Source: Planctomyces sp. (GTDB lineage: Bacteria > Planctomycetota > Planctomycetia > Planctomycetales > Planctomycetaceae). Taken from it: DNA of 32,000 nt. Both the position numbers and the translations under genes were made by a program. Under the pieces are notes generated by a model. That model was not told where the DNA came from. It made no database searches and saw only the letters and a list, made by a program, of their open reading frames with translations. The stretch spans positions 2,062-34,061 of the forward strand of contig JBKDKA010000111.1 of the NCBI GenBank assembly GCA_046345315.1. Direction: 5' to 3'. Positions 1-7,638 of the stretch are shown in pieces (positions within the stretch are counted from its first letter, which is position 1; each line of letters starts with the position of its first letter).

Positions 1-843
1 TCCCCAGTGCACATCTCCGCTGATGAATACGACACCCGCCGCACGCGTTGATCGGATCAGGTCGACCATCCGCATCAGTTCACGAGGGAAGTTCGTCCAG
101 GACTCCCACCCGTTGTACTCGTGCGAAAACTGAATGCTGCTGCCAATGATGCGAAGATCAGCCGGCTCTTTAAGTCGTTCTTCCAGCCATTTCCACTGAA
201 CGTCCCCGAGGATTGTTTTCTCCGGATCGGTGTCCGGCAGGTAGTCGTTCTTCCAGGAACTGAACGGATTCTCGAGCGGTGGGTCACGGAAAGTTCGTGT
301 ATCCAGCAGAATGATCTGCAGCGACTTCCCTGCCGTTTTGTCCTCGAATCGATAACTCGTGTAGATGCCTTCGTGGTCACGGCGAGAACTCGGATCAGGT
401 TCGTTCCAGAACCGCAGAAAGATGTCCCGGGATTCCTTTCGGAACGGATAATCCTTCCCGGCGTCGTTGCTGCCGTAGTCGTGATCATCCCAGGTTGCGA
501 TCGTCGGAACGGCGGACCGCAGCATTCGGAATTCCTTTTTCGCCCCCATTTGAGCGTATCGAGCTTCGAGCACCTTCATATCATCGGTGTCACCGTAGAT
601 ATTGTCACCCAGATAAATGAAGAGCTGCGGTTCCCATTCGAGAACAGTCCGAAGGATGGGTAGTGGTTCGTTCTGACTCTGGCAGGATCCGAATGCAATC
701 CGCGAAATCAGCGGATGCACAGCGGGAACAGGCGTTGGTGGGATCTTTGGTTCCAGTGCCTCAGATTCAGCAGCGAAGCCGACATCGATATTGATCGCTG
801 CCAGAATCAGGAATAGACACAGGTTTGATAAGAACTGTCGCAT
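1..843 (-). CDS. PhoD-like alkaline phosphatase / calcineurin-like metallophosphoesterase; only the N-terminal 281 codons lie in the window
   Basis: Absent from the ORF track because the frame runs off the window edge. Reverse translation from the ATG (complement of 841-843) is open for all 281 codons. It reads MRQFLSNLCLFLILAAINIDVGFAAE (Sec-type signal) ... IAFGSCQSQ ... YLGDNIYGD ... TWDDHDYGSNDAG ... FISGDVHWG. That is the metal-ligand motif order of PhoD-type phosphatases. The track ORFs 75..488(-) and 121..663(+) lie in other frames and show no such motifs. Confidence 0.8.
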   Translation of the reverse strand, partial: MRQFLSNLCLFLILAAINIDVGFAAESEALEPKIPPTPVPAVHPLISRIAFGSCQSQNEPLPILRTVLEWEPQLFIYLGDNIYGDTDDMKVLEARYAQMGAKKEFRMLRSAVPTIATWDDHDYGSNDAGKDYPFRKESRDIFLRFWNEPDPSSRRDHEGIYTSYRFEDKTAGKSLQIILLDTRTFRDPPLENPFSSWKNDYLPDTDPEKTILGDVQWKWLEERLKEPADLRIIGSSIQFSHEYNGWESWTNFPRELMRMVDLIRSTRAAGVVFISGDVHWG

Positions 844-889
844 TGACATCTCCGATTGGTGAGCCGGCTCAACCTGCCGGTCTGACGTG

Positions 890-1375
890 TCAGTGCCGTC
901 GGATGTCTCTCATTTCACGACGGTCAGCCTGCTCTTTCATTCGTTCTCGCTTGTCGTGCGTTTTGCGACCGCGACAAAGCCCGAGCTTTACTTTGACTCG
1001 GCCACCGGCAAAGAACACCGCCAGCGGCACCAGCGTGAGCCCATCGTGTTCCGCGGTTTCTGCAAACTTTCTGATCTCCCGCCGGTTCAGAAGCAGCTTT
1101 CGTTTTCTTCGGCGCTCGTGATTGAAGACGGTTGCCTGAGGATACTCCGCGATGTCTGACCCGACGAGCCAGACTTCACCGTCGTCGACGCGAGCGTACG
1201 CTTCATCGATAGAAATCTTGTTGTTACGAACACTCTTCACTTCGCTGCCGACGAGAACGATTCCACATTCAAGCTCATCCATCACGTCGTATTCGTGACG
1301 TGCTTTCCGATTGGAGCACACAACGCGTTCGTTGGGATCGTCTTTGCCAGTATTTTTTCGCCCGGGAGATGCCAT
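890..1375 (-). CDS. smpB: SsrA-binding protein SmpB
   Basis: Track ORF 890..1447. Its sequence NRKARHEYDV..ECGIVLVGSEVKSVR ... HERRRKRKLLLNRREIRKF ... GLTLVPLAVFF..GRVKVKLGLCRGRKTHDKRE is the canonical SmpB pattern. I place the start at the internal ATG (complement of 1373-1375, MASPGRK...). The longer form would overlap the upstream gene, which ends at 1402. Confidence 0.9.
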   Translation of the reverse strand: MASPGRKNTGKDDPNERVVCSNRKARHEYDVMDELECGIVLVGSEVKSVRNNKISIDEAYARVDDGEVWLVGSDIAEYPQATVFNHERRRKRKLLLNRREIRKFAETAEHDGLTLVPLAVFFAGGRVKVKLGLCRGRKTHDKRERMKEQADRREMRDIRRH

Positions 1376-1401
1376 GAGATTGTGCTGGTTTCCTGAACCG
1401 G

Positions 1402-2544
1402 TCAGCTTCTGCGAACGAGTTTGGTAATTCGGCCAGTCTTGACCCACTCGGCAACATAGATGTTCCCTTCGGAGTCAAAGACAGCGTCATGTGGATGAAT
1501 GAAACGACCAGGCTGCCAATCTTCCGGCTTTGCCCGCATCGCAAAGTTGTCTGCAAGAACCTTCGCACGCCACTCTTCGTCATCACCCAGCTGCGCGACA
1601 ACTTCGTTTTTCTCGTTGAGAATAGTGATTCGAGCATGCAGGTCCGGCACTAGCATCAGTTTTCCCTGAATGTCAATGTCGGCCGGGAAGAGGAATCCGT
1701 CCATCGTCTTCAGCCAGCTTCCGTCCATGCCAAACCACTGCAGCCGCTTGTTGGCTCGATCAGCAACGACCAGCTTTGGAGTGCCGTCACGGTCATCCAG
1801 CCATTGTCCGTGAGGCGTACTGAACTTTCCGTTCTCCGATCCCTGTCCGCCGATCACGCGTACGAATCGGTCATCGCGATCGTACTCAAAAATGATATGG
1901 CTTCCGTATCCGTCACCGAGATAGTAACCACCATCTGGTCGGAAGCTTGTATTCGTCGGGCGGAATCCCGTCTTCGGGTCTTCAAGAGCTCCACCACTTT
2001 CCTGATTGATGGCTGCCCGGTCTTTCTTCCAGACCAGCTCACCTTTCAGATCCATCTTCGCGAAGAACATGGATGTGTCACTGGGGGAGAGATAAATGAA
2101 TTCCTGCGAACCTTCTTTTCGAATGTCAATCCCATGGCCTTTGGAAGTCCCCGGGTTGTGAAACTCACCGAGCGAGCGAACAAATTTGCCTGTGGGGTCA
2201 AAGACGAAGACGGAATCCGGATTTCCCTGATGAGTGATGTAGATCAGTCCCTGCTGATCAATGGCAACACCGTGAGCCGCATTGCCATACTCGTGACCGG
2301 CCGGAAGTCCGGCACGATCCCAGTTGTGGATGCACTCGTAGACGTATTCGCCACTGCCAACGGTGGGGAGTTTGCCGGAACCCTCGGCCATGGTGTAGCC
2401 TCTCGCTGGGGATATAAACGTTGGAGCCAGAGCACTGGCCGCCGCAAGGGTGGATGTCTTCAGAAAACCTCGTCGAGAGGCTTCCGATGGAACAACCTTT
2501 CCTGAACCGGAATCGCTTTTGAATTCAGAATCGGAAGTCGCCAT
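1402..2544 (-). CDS. Tat-exported NHL-repeat / six-bladed beta-propeller protein (peptidyl-alpha-hydroxyglycine lyase-like)
   Basis: 380-aa ORF with a twin-arginine signal SRRGFLKTSTLAAASALA. It has repeated propeller-like segments (GVAIDQQGLIYITH, GHGIDIRKEG, HPHDAVFDSEGNIYVAEW) typical of NHL repeats. Confidence 0.7.
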   Translation of the reverse strand: MATSDSEFKSDSGSGKVVPSEASRRGFLKTSTLAAASALAPTFISPARGYTMAEGSGKLPTVGSGEYVYECIHNWDRAGLPAGHEYGNAAHGVAIDQQGLIYITHQGNPDSVFVFDPTGKFVRSLGEFHNPGTSKGHGIDIRKEGSQEFIYLSPSDTSMFFAKMDLKGELVWKKDRAAINQESGGALEDPKTGFRPTNTSFRPDGGYYLGDGYGSHIIFEYDRDDRFVRVIGGQGSENGKFSTPHGQWLDDRDGTPKLVVADRANKRLQWFGMDGSWLKTMDGFLFPADIDIQGKLMLVPDLHARITILNEKNEVVAQLGDDEEWRAKVLADNFAMRAKPEDWQPGRFIHPHDAVFDSEGNIYVAEWVKTGRITKLVRRS

Positions 2545-2841
2545 GACTTTCCTCCGCAGAATGGAAGCAGAGCAGAACGCCCGATGATAGTCAGATGTCC
2601 GACTTTCGAGCGACGCTATTCTGACAGCATCGCATTGGCTCGTCTATCGTCAGACCGGTCTCTGGTGTCAGTCGGAGAATGCTCCGCAGGCGGAGCTTCA
2701 GGAGCGTCCCGACTTCAATCCCGGAGCATCACCTTTTCATCGGGAGCTTGTGATGCAGAATGAAATGCCGGCTGGAGTCACTTCAGGGCGTGGTATCTCG
2801 AATTCAGTGATCCGCCTTCCCCGCACGGGCGGAATCATTAC

Positions 2842-2933
2842 TGACAGCTACCGTCGACCTTGCGTCAGCGGAGGTTATAAGTGACAGCTACCGTCGGCCT
2901 CGTGCCGGCGGAGGCGATAACTGACTGCTACCC
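2842..2933 (+). repeat. Tandem 40-bp hairpin-forming unit, 2.3 copies
   Basis: Unit 1 (2842-2881) is tgacagctaccgtcgaccttgcgtcagcggaggttataag. Unit 2 (2882-2921) is tgacagctaccgtcggcctcgtgccggcggaggcgataac, matching 32/40 positions. A partial unit 3 (tgactgctaccc) follows at 2922-2933. Each unit holds an 8-bp stem with a 5-nt loop (ccgtcgRc N5 gYcRgcgg). Confidence 0.85.
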
Positions 2934-3150
2934 ACACAACGAAGACGCCGCTCCTGGGTCTCCGTCTGGCTCATCCAGGCGGAACCAGCGATCCGGGCTC
3001 ATCCCCCACATCACGCTCTCAACTCGCCGCTCCCGCCCGGATAAACCGGACGGAGAGCTGACCAATGAGTCAATCCGGTGTCGCTGGCCCCTGCCCTTGT
3101 CCATAGCGGGTTCCGCCTGGACGAGCCAGACGTTAGCCGTAGCTCTCAAT

Positions 3151-3183
3151 TATGGCCTCCGCCGACGCAAGGTCGACGGTAGC
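3151..3183 (-). repeat. Inverted copy of the 2842-2921 repeat unit
   Basis: tatggcctccgccgacgcaaggtcgacggtagc matches the reverse complement of unit 1 (tataacctccgctgacgcaaggtcgacggtagc) at 30/33 positions. Confidence 0.8.
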
Positions 3184-3205
3184 CGGAGGCAGTCGTGCTG
3201 CAGGT

Positions 3206-3301
3206 GGTTTCAAGTCCGGGACTGGTTCCCGATCGAAGAGGTGTTTTCCTGCAAAGTCGGCAACAGCAAGGATACCTGTTCCGATTTCGAATTGCGCTCT
3301 A
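3206..3301 (+). repeat. 96-nt intergenic repeat, copy A (partner at 18099-18194)
   Basis: It aligns without gaps to 18099-18194; I counted 75/96 identical positions by hand. Shared blocks are ggtttcaa..ccgggactgg, ggtgttttcc, gcaacNgcaagg and ctgtYccg. It abuts the DUF1501 stop codon (3299-3301). Confidence 0.75.
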
Positions 3302-4801
3302 TGTCAGAATCTCCGTCACGACGCGGCCGAAGACATCCGTCAGTCGATAATCTCGCCCTGCGTGGCGATACGTCAACTGCGTGTGATTGATTCCCAGCAA
3401 GTGAAGCATTGTTGCATGAAGATCGTGCAGATGCACTTTGCCGTCGATGGCTCGAAACCCGAAGTCATCGGTGCTTCCCCAGGTCAGACCGGCGCGAACA
3501 CCGGCTCCCGCCATCCAGGCACAGTAACCTTCCGGCTGATGTTCTCGCCCATGAGTTTCAATTGGAGATGTTCCCGAAAGATCCTGACTCCATGACGTTC
3601 GTCCGAACTCACCGGACCAGACGACCAACGTATCTTCGAGCATCCCTCGCAGCTTAAGATCTTTGAGCAGTGCGGCAACGGGCTGATCGCTGCCCGCACA
3701 GCTTCCCGGCATCGCCTCACGGATGTTGCCATGATGATCCCATCCACCGATTGTCACCTGCACGAAACGGACACCCGCCTCACTCATTCGTCTCGCCAGC
3801 AGGCAGGCACGGGCGTTCTTATCAGTCTTCGGATTGCCGACTCCGTAGAGATCCTGAATCGATTTCGGTTCCTTTGAGAGATCGATCAGCGCCGGAGTTT
3901 CGGCCTGCATGCGAAATGCCAGTTCGAAAGATTCCATCATCCCGTCCATCTGGGCGTCCGATGCAACTCTCCGGTTCAATCGATGGTTCATCTTCTGGAT
4001 CAGGTCGAGGCGGCGGCGCTGAATGGCCGGTGGAGTCTCAGCATCTTCCAGGTAGCGAATTGCGGAATCACGAGCACTGCTGGTGATGCTGACCGGTGTT
4101 CCCTGATGCTGAGCCGGAAGAAATCCCGGTCCGTACGTTCGCACATCAGAATCCGGCTGGATGGTCAGAAACCCCGGAAGATTCTGATTTTCCGATCCCA
4201 GCCCGTAACTGAACCATGCTCCCATTGACGGTCGGACATCTATCGATGCTCCCGTATGAAGCTGAAGAGTCGCCGGTGCATGAGCTTCACTGTCGGTATG
4301 CATTCCTCGGAGCAGACAGATGTCATCGGCAACGGTCGACAGATGCGGCAGCAGGTCAGACATCAGCATTCCGCACTGACCGCGTGGCCGAATCGGAGCC
4401 ACGGACTTCAGTGCAAGATACCGATCAACTCCCACGGAAAGCTTGTGCTCATTCGCTCCCGGAGAAATCTTCTGACCATGCATTTTCGTGATGTACGGTT
4501 TAGGGTCAAAGAGATCCGGCTGAGATGGCCCCCCCTGAAGAAAGAGAAAGATCACTCGGCGAGCTCGCGGTGGAAACTGCGCGGACGGGTGACCATCAGA
4601 CGAAGCAACGCGACTCGACGACGCAGCCTCCGCCTGATCCTGAAGGAGCCCGCGAAATGCAAGACTTCCAAACCCGCAGGCGGCCGTCTGAAGAAGTGTT
4701 CGCCGTCCCGGGAATCTCGGTCCTGATGGATTCTGTGCCGTCATGGAGTTGCTATCCAGATGAGTACCCAAAGAAATGTCGGAAGTCGTCCGTTGATTCA
4801 T
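3299..4801 (-). CDS. DUF1501 domain protein (sulfatase-fold, Tat-exported)
   Basis: 500-aa ORF. Tat-like N-terminus GRRTLLQTAACGFGSLAF. Sulfatase-fold DUF1501 blocks include IFLFLQGGPSQPDLFDPKP, TIGGWDHHGN and WSGEFGRT. It lies immediately downstream of a DUF1553 gene, the usual Planctomycetota pairing. Confidence 0.9.
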   Translation of the reverse strand: MNQRTTSDISLGTHLDSNSMTAQNPSGPRFPGRRTLLQTAACGFGSLAFRGLLQDQAEAASSSRVASSDGHPSAQFPPRARRVIFLFLQGGPSQPDLFDPKPYITKMHGQKISPGANEHKLSVGVDRYLALKSVAPIRPRGQCGMLMSDLLPHLSTVADDICLLRGMHTDSEAHAPATLQLHTGASIDVRPSMGAWFSYGLGSENQNLPGFLTIQPDSDVRTYGPGFLPAQHQGTPVSITSSARDSAIRYLEDAETPPAIQRRRLDLIQKMNHRLNRRVASDAQMDGMMESFELAFRMQAETPALIDLSKEPKSIQDLYGVGNPKTDKNARACLLARRMSEAGVRFVQVTIGGWDHHGNIREAMPGSCAGSDQPVAALLKDLKLRGMLEDTLVVWSGEFGRTSWSQDLSGTSPIETHGREHQPEGYCAWMAGAGVRAGLTWGSTDDFGFRAIDGKVHLHDLHATMLHLLGINHTQLTYRHAGRDYRLTDVFGRVVTEILT

Positions 4802-4824
4802 GATCGTTACATCTGCACCAGAAA

Positions 4825-7512
4825 CTACATCCGCATCAAAAACTCATTCGACGCCAGCAGGGCGTGACAGAGTTCTTCCCATGATTTCATTCTGAACGTT
4901 TCCGGAGAAACGGCCTTCCGGGCTTCTCCACCACTGGAATCGCTGGGGGGCGCACCTTTGCCGGTTGATGCTGTACTGTCACCGGACTCCGACGATTGGC
5001 TTGTAGTCTCACGCAGTGCGACGGTTGATTCATCAAGAAAGAGTCGCGCGTCATCGCGGTCTTCCTGAGTCATCGGCCGATTCAGCGTCAACATCCAGAG
5101 TCTGTTCAGACGAGCGTCATCATCCGCAAGACTCGTATCCTCCAGAATGCGATTCGCGAGATGCCCGGCGAGCTCGTTCATTATCTGACTGTTCATGAGA
5201 AAGAGCGACTGCGTCGGTACCGCCGTCACAGTTCGCCTGCCGGAAAATTCCGCAGGCTGCGTGAAGTCGAAAACGTTTCGAATTTCAGCCGGCCCTCCCT
5301 GTGGTCCCGACCGAATGACAGGCAGATAAACAGTGCGAACATACGACTGCTCCGGCCGGAACTTCGCCAGACGAAAACTCGGCGGATTGACGTCGCCTTT
5401 AGCGAGGCCCCCGGTGTTCTCAGGATACTCCAGCGGAAGCGAAGTTCCTCCGCTCAGAGTCATCAGACGACCTGAAGCGAACAGCATCGAGTCACGAATG
5501 GCTTCCGCATCAAGCCGCCAGCGGTTCATCCGGCTCAGGAATCGATTGTCAGGATCAACGGAATCCGAGGATTCATCTGAAGATGTCGCAGGCCGGCTGC
5601 TGAGACGATATGTGCGACTCAGCACGAGATGCCGAATCAGTCGTTTCTGGGACCATCCATCGTTGACAAAACGACGAGCCAGAAAATCAAGCAGTTCCGG
5701 GTGGGATGGCTGATCGCCGCGAGTTCCCCAGTAATCGAGCGAACGAACAAGGCCTTCCCCGAAGAGCTTCTGCCAGATTCGATTCACGAGCACCCGCGGC
5801 GTCAGAGGATTTTCCGAACTGACGATCCAGTCCGCCAGTTCCCGTCGCCCACTCCGGCCGGCAGGAATCTCCAGCTTCGGAGCACCAGCCCTGATGAGCA
5901 CTGTTGGAAGCCCACGCGACACGGGATCACCCAGTGAGTGAGCATTTCCACGGATGGTGATTCTCATGTCTTCGGGAGTCGGAATGTCTCGAACCGCGAA
6001 GACTTCCGGACGTTCGGGGAGAAAGAATTCCCCATGCAGGATATCCCGGTCCAGCTTCTTCAGCTGTTCACTCAGTTCCCGCAGTCGCTGCTCTCGCTGT
6101 TCCTTCGTGAGTGCCGAGCCGGTCGGAGCTGAAGCGGTGGGTGCCGAACCCGTGGGTGCTGAACCAGCCGGATTCTCAGGCAGTGTCGGTGGATCAGCCT
6201 GCTGTTCCAGTTCGACCTTCTCCTTCTTTCGAGCTTCCCTTTCCGTCTTCAATGCGTCCACACGCGACTGCATATCGCTTCGAGTGGTCTGTCGAGCCGC
6301 GATCTGCTCAGCCGTTTCCGGCAGTTCAGCCATCGCAGGCCAGCTCCAGACACCCCACTCGGCCAGCGTCACTGATTCTGTGGAATAGAACATTCCCGCA
6401 AGGGCGTAATAGTCGTCTCGGGAAATCGGATCAAACTTGTGATCATGACATCGAGCACACGAAAGCGACATTGCAAGGAGCGACTTTCCCAGCTTGTCTA
6501 TCTGCTGGTCAATGACATCGACTCGCAGCTTTGCCTTGTCAGCTTCCACAACCTGCAAGTCACCCAGCAGCAGATATCCTGTTGCCACGAGCTGATCCGC
6601 ACGCTGTTCCGGCAAGGTACTCTCGAGAAGATCTCCGGCTATCTGTTCGCGAATCAGCTGGTCGAAGGGACGGTCTTCGTGAAATGCTCGAATGATGTAA
6701 TCGCGGTATCGCCAGGCATGTTCAGCAAAGATGTTATTCGCTGTTCCGATCTGGTCGGCATAGCCGACAAGGTCCAGCCAGTGTCTTGCCCACCGTTCAC
6801 CAAAGTGGACAGAATCAAGAAGTCGATCGACAACGTGCTCATGGGCCGCGTCACTCTCGTCATTCAGAAACGCCTGCATGTCCTCAGGAGTCGGCGGGAG
6901 CCCGGTGAGATCCAGCGTCACGCGGCGCAGCCAGACGGAGCGATCCGCATCAGAAACAGGAGTCAGTTGATTCTCCTCCAGTTTCGCGAGGATGAATCGG
7001 TCGGTTTCGTTGATCGGCCAGTCGGACAGCTTCAGCATCTGTGGCGGATGTGGATCCTGCAGAGGCTGGAAGGCCCAGTGCTTCCGACCTGTTTCGAAAT
7101 CGATGGTCTTCTGCTCCGGAATCGATGCGGCCACTCGCGGATCATAAGCACCGCTCTTCACCCATCGCACAAGTACGGCGATCTCCTCATCAGGGAGCCT
7201 GCCGGTTGGAGGCATCATCAGGCCGTCATACTGAACAGCCTTCACCAGCGGACTGTTTTCAAGATCTCCCGGCACGATCGCAGGCCCGGAATCGCCACCG
7301 GTCTTCCAGGCTTCGCGCGAATCCAGCATCAGCCCGCCCTTGGCCTGCCCTCCTGAATGGCTGTGGCATTCGTAACAGCGCTGCTGAAGAATCGGCAGTA
7401 CCTGATCCTTAAAGAATCGTTCTTGCTCGTCCGAGTCACTGGCAGAACAACAGGAACCTGCAACAGGACACAGCAGGATCGTCAGCAGCAGTATCAATCG
7501 AACATCGTTCAT
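4825..7512 (-). CDS. PSCyt1 / DUF1549 (PSCyt2) / DUF1553 (PSD1) multidomain protein with a CxxCH haem motif
   Basis: Track ORF 4825..7638. Motifs: LPILQQRCYECHS (planctomycete cytochrome c domain), RRVTLDLTGLPPTPEDMQAFL (DUF1549) and CARCHDHKFDPISRDDYYALAGMF (DUF1553). I prefer the ATG at the complement of 7510-7512. It gives the signal peptide MNDVRLILLLTILLCPVAG. The 42-codon GTG-initiated extension to 7638 is Cys/Trp-rich and looks non-coding. Confidence 0.9.
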   Translation of the reverse strand: MNDVRLILLLTILLCPVAGSCCSASDSDEQERFFKDQVLPILQQRCYECHSHSGGQAKGGLMLDSREAWKTGGDSGPAIVPGDLENSPLVKAVQYDGLMMPPTGRLPDEEIAVLVRWVKSGAYDPRVAASIPEQKTIDFETGRKHWAFQPLQDPHPPQMLKLSDWPINETDRFILAKLEENQLTPVSDADRSVWLRRVTLDLTGLPPTPEDMQAFLNDESDAAHEHVVDRLLDSVHFGERWARHWLDLVGYADQIGTANNIFAEHAWRYRDYIIRAFHEDRPFDQLIREQIAGDLLESTLPEQRADQLVATGYLLLGDLQVVEADKAKLRVDVIDQQIDKLGKSLLAMSLSCARCHDHKFDPISRDDYYALAGMFYSTESVTLAEWGVWSWPAMAELPETAEQIAARQTTRSDMQSRVDALKTEREARKKEKVELEQQADPPTLPENPAGSAPTGSAPTASAPTGSALTKEQREQRLRELSEQLKKLDRDILHGEFFLPERPEVFAVRDIPTPEDMRITIRGNAHSLGDPVSRGLPTVLIRAGAPKLEIPAGRSGRRELADWIVSSENPLTPRVLVNRIWQKLFGEGLVRSLDYWGTRGDQPSHPELLDFLARRFVNDGWSQKRLIRHLVLSRTYRLSSRPATSSDESSDSVDPDNRFLSRMNRWRLDAEAIRDSMLFASGRLMTLSGGTSLPLEYPENTGGLAKGDVNPPSFRLAKFRPEQSYVRTVYLPVIRSGPQGGPAEIRNVFDFTQPAEFSGRRTVTAVPTQSLFLMNSQIMNELAGHLANRILEDTSLADDDARLNRLWMLTLNRPMTQEDRDDARLFLDESTVALRETTSQSSESGDSTASTGKGAPPSDSSGGEARKAVSPETFRMKSWEELCHALLASNEFLMRM
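6106..6168 (-). repeat. In-frame 15-bp tandem repeat encoding (G/A)SAPT x4 inside the DUF1553 gene
   Basis: The minus-strand reading is ...PAGSAPTGSAPTASAPTGSALT. The nucleotide units are ggttcagcacccacg / ggttcggcacccacc / gcttcagctccgacc / ggctcggcactcacg. Confidence 0.8.
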
Positions 7513-7638
7513 CCAGGTGCACTCCCGACATCTGGTCGGCCAGCAGGAATTCGTGGACTGTTGCATCTGACAACAGGATAAGGAAAAACATCTCCATTCG
7601 GAAACGATTTCCCTGCTGAATCGTAATGCCAGGCACAC

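Noticed and set aside
2842-2933. Possible CRISPR array, because of 40-bp direct repeats
   Set aside because: Only 2.3 units are present and they are directly abutting, with no spacers. No cas genes are in the window. A third copy is inverted 220 bp away. The pattern fits a REP/MITE-like element, not CRISPR.
2842-2933. Pho-box resemblance of the repeated ctgacag (complement ctgtcag) heads of the 40-bp units
   Set aside because: The CTGTCA-like hexamers recur at 40-bp spacing, not the 11-bp spacing of PhoB boxes, and they are part of a larger repeat unit. This is most likely coincidence.
2545-3298. tmRNA (ssrA) or another housekeeping RNA in the long intergenic region near smpB
   Set aside because: I looked on both strands for a tRNA-like 3' end (T-arm GTTCRAnnC with a complementary 5-bp stem, acceptor plus CCA) and for a GGGGCTGA-type 5' end. 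Candidate T-loop-like strings (ttcaatc near 2716, ttcgaat near 3285) lack complementary flanking stems. There is no convincing tmRNA, tRNA or SRP-like consensus. A covariance-model scan would be needed to be certain.
2881-3595. Track ORFs 2881..3390(+) 169 aa and 3152..3595(+) 147 aa as genes
   Set aside because: They run through the repeat elements and then antisense into the well-supported DUF1501 gene. Their products are Arg/Ser/Pro-rich with no motifs. They are typical GC-rich shadow ORFs.
7513-7638. N-terminal extension of the DUF1553 ORF up to 7638, which would abut the U32 stop
   Set aside because: The extension is GTG-initiated and encodes a Cys/Trp-rich peptide (MCLALRFSREIVSEWRCFSLSCCQ...). 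It precedes a perfectly good ATG-plus-signal-peptide start at 7512.
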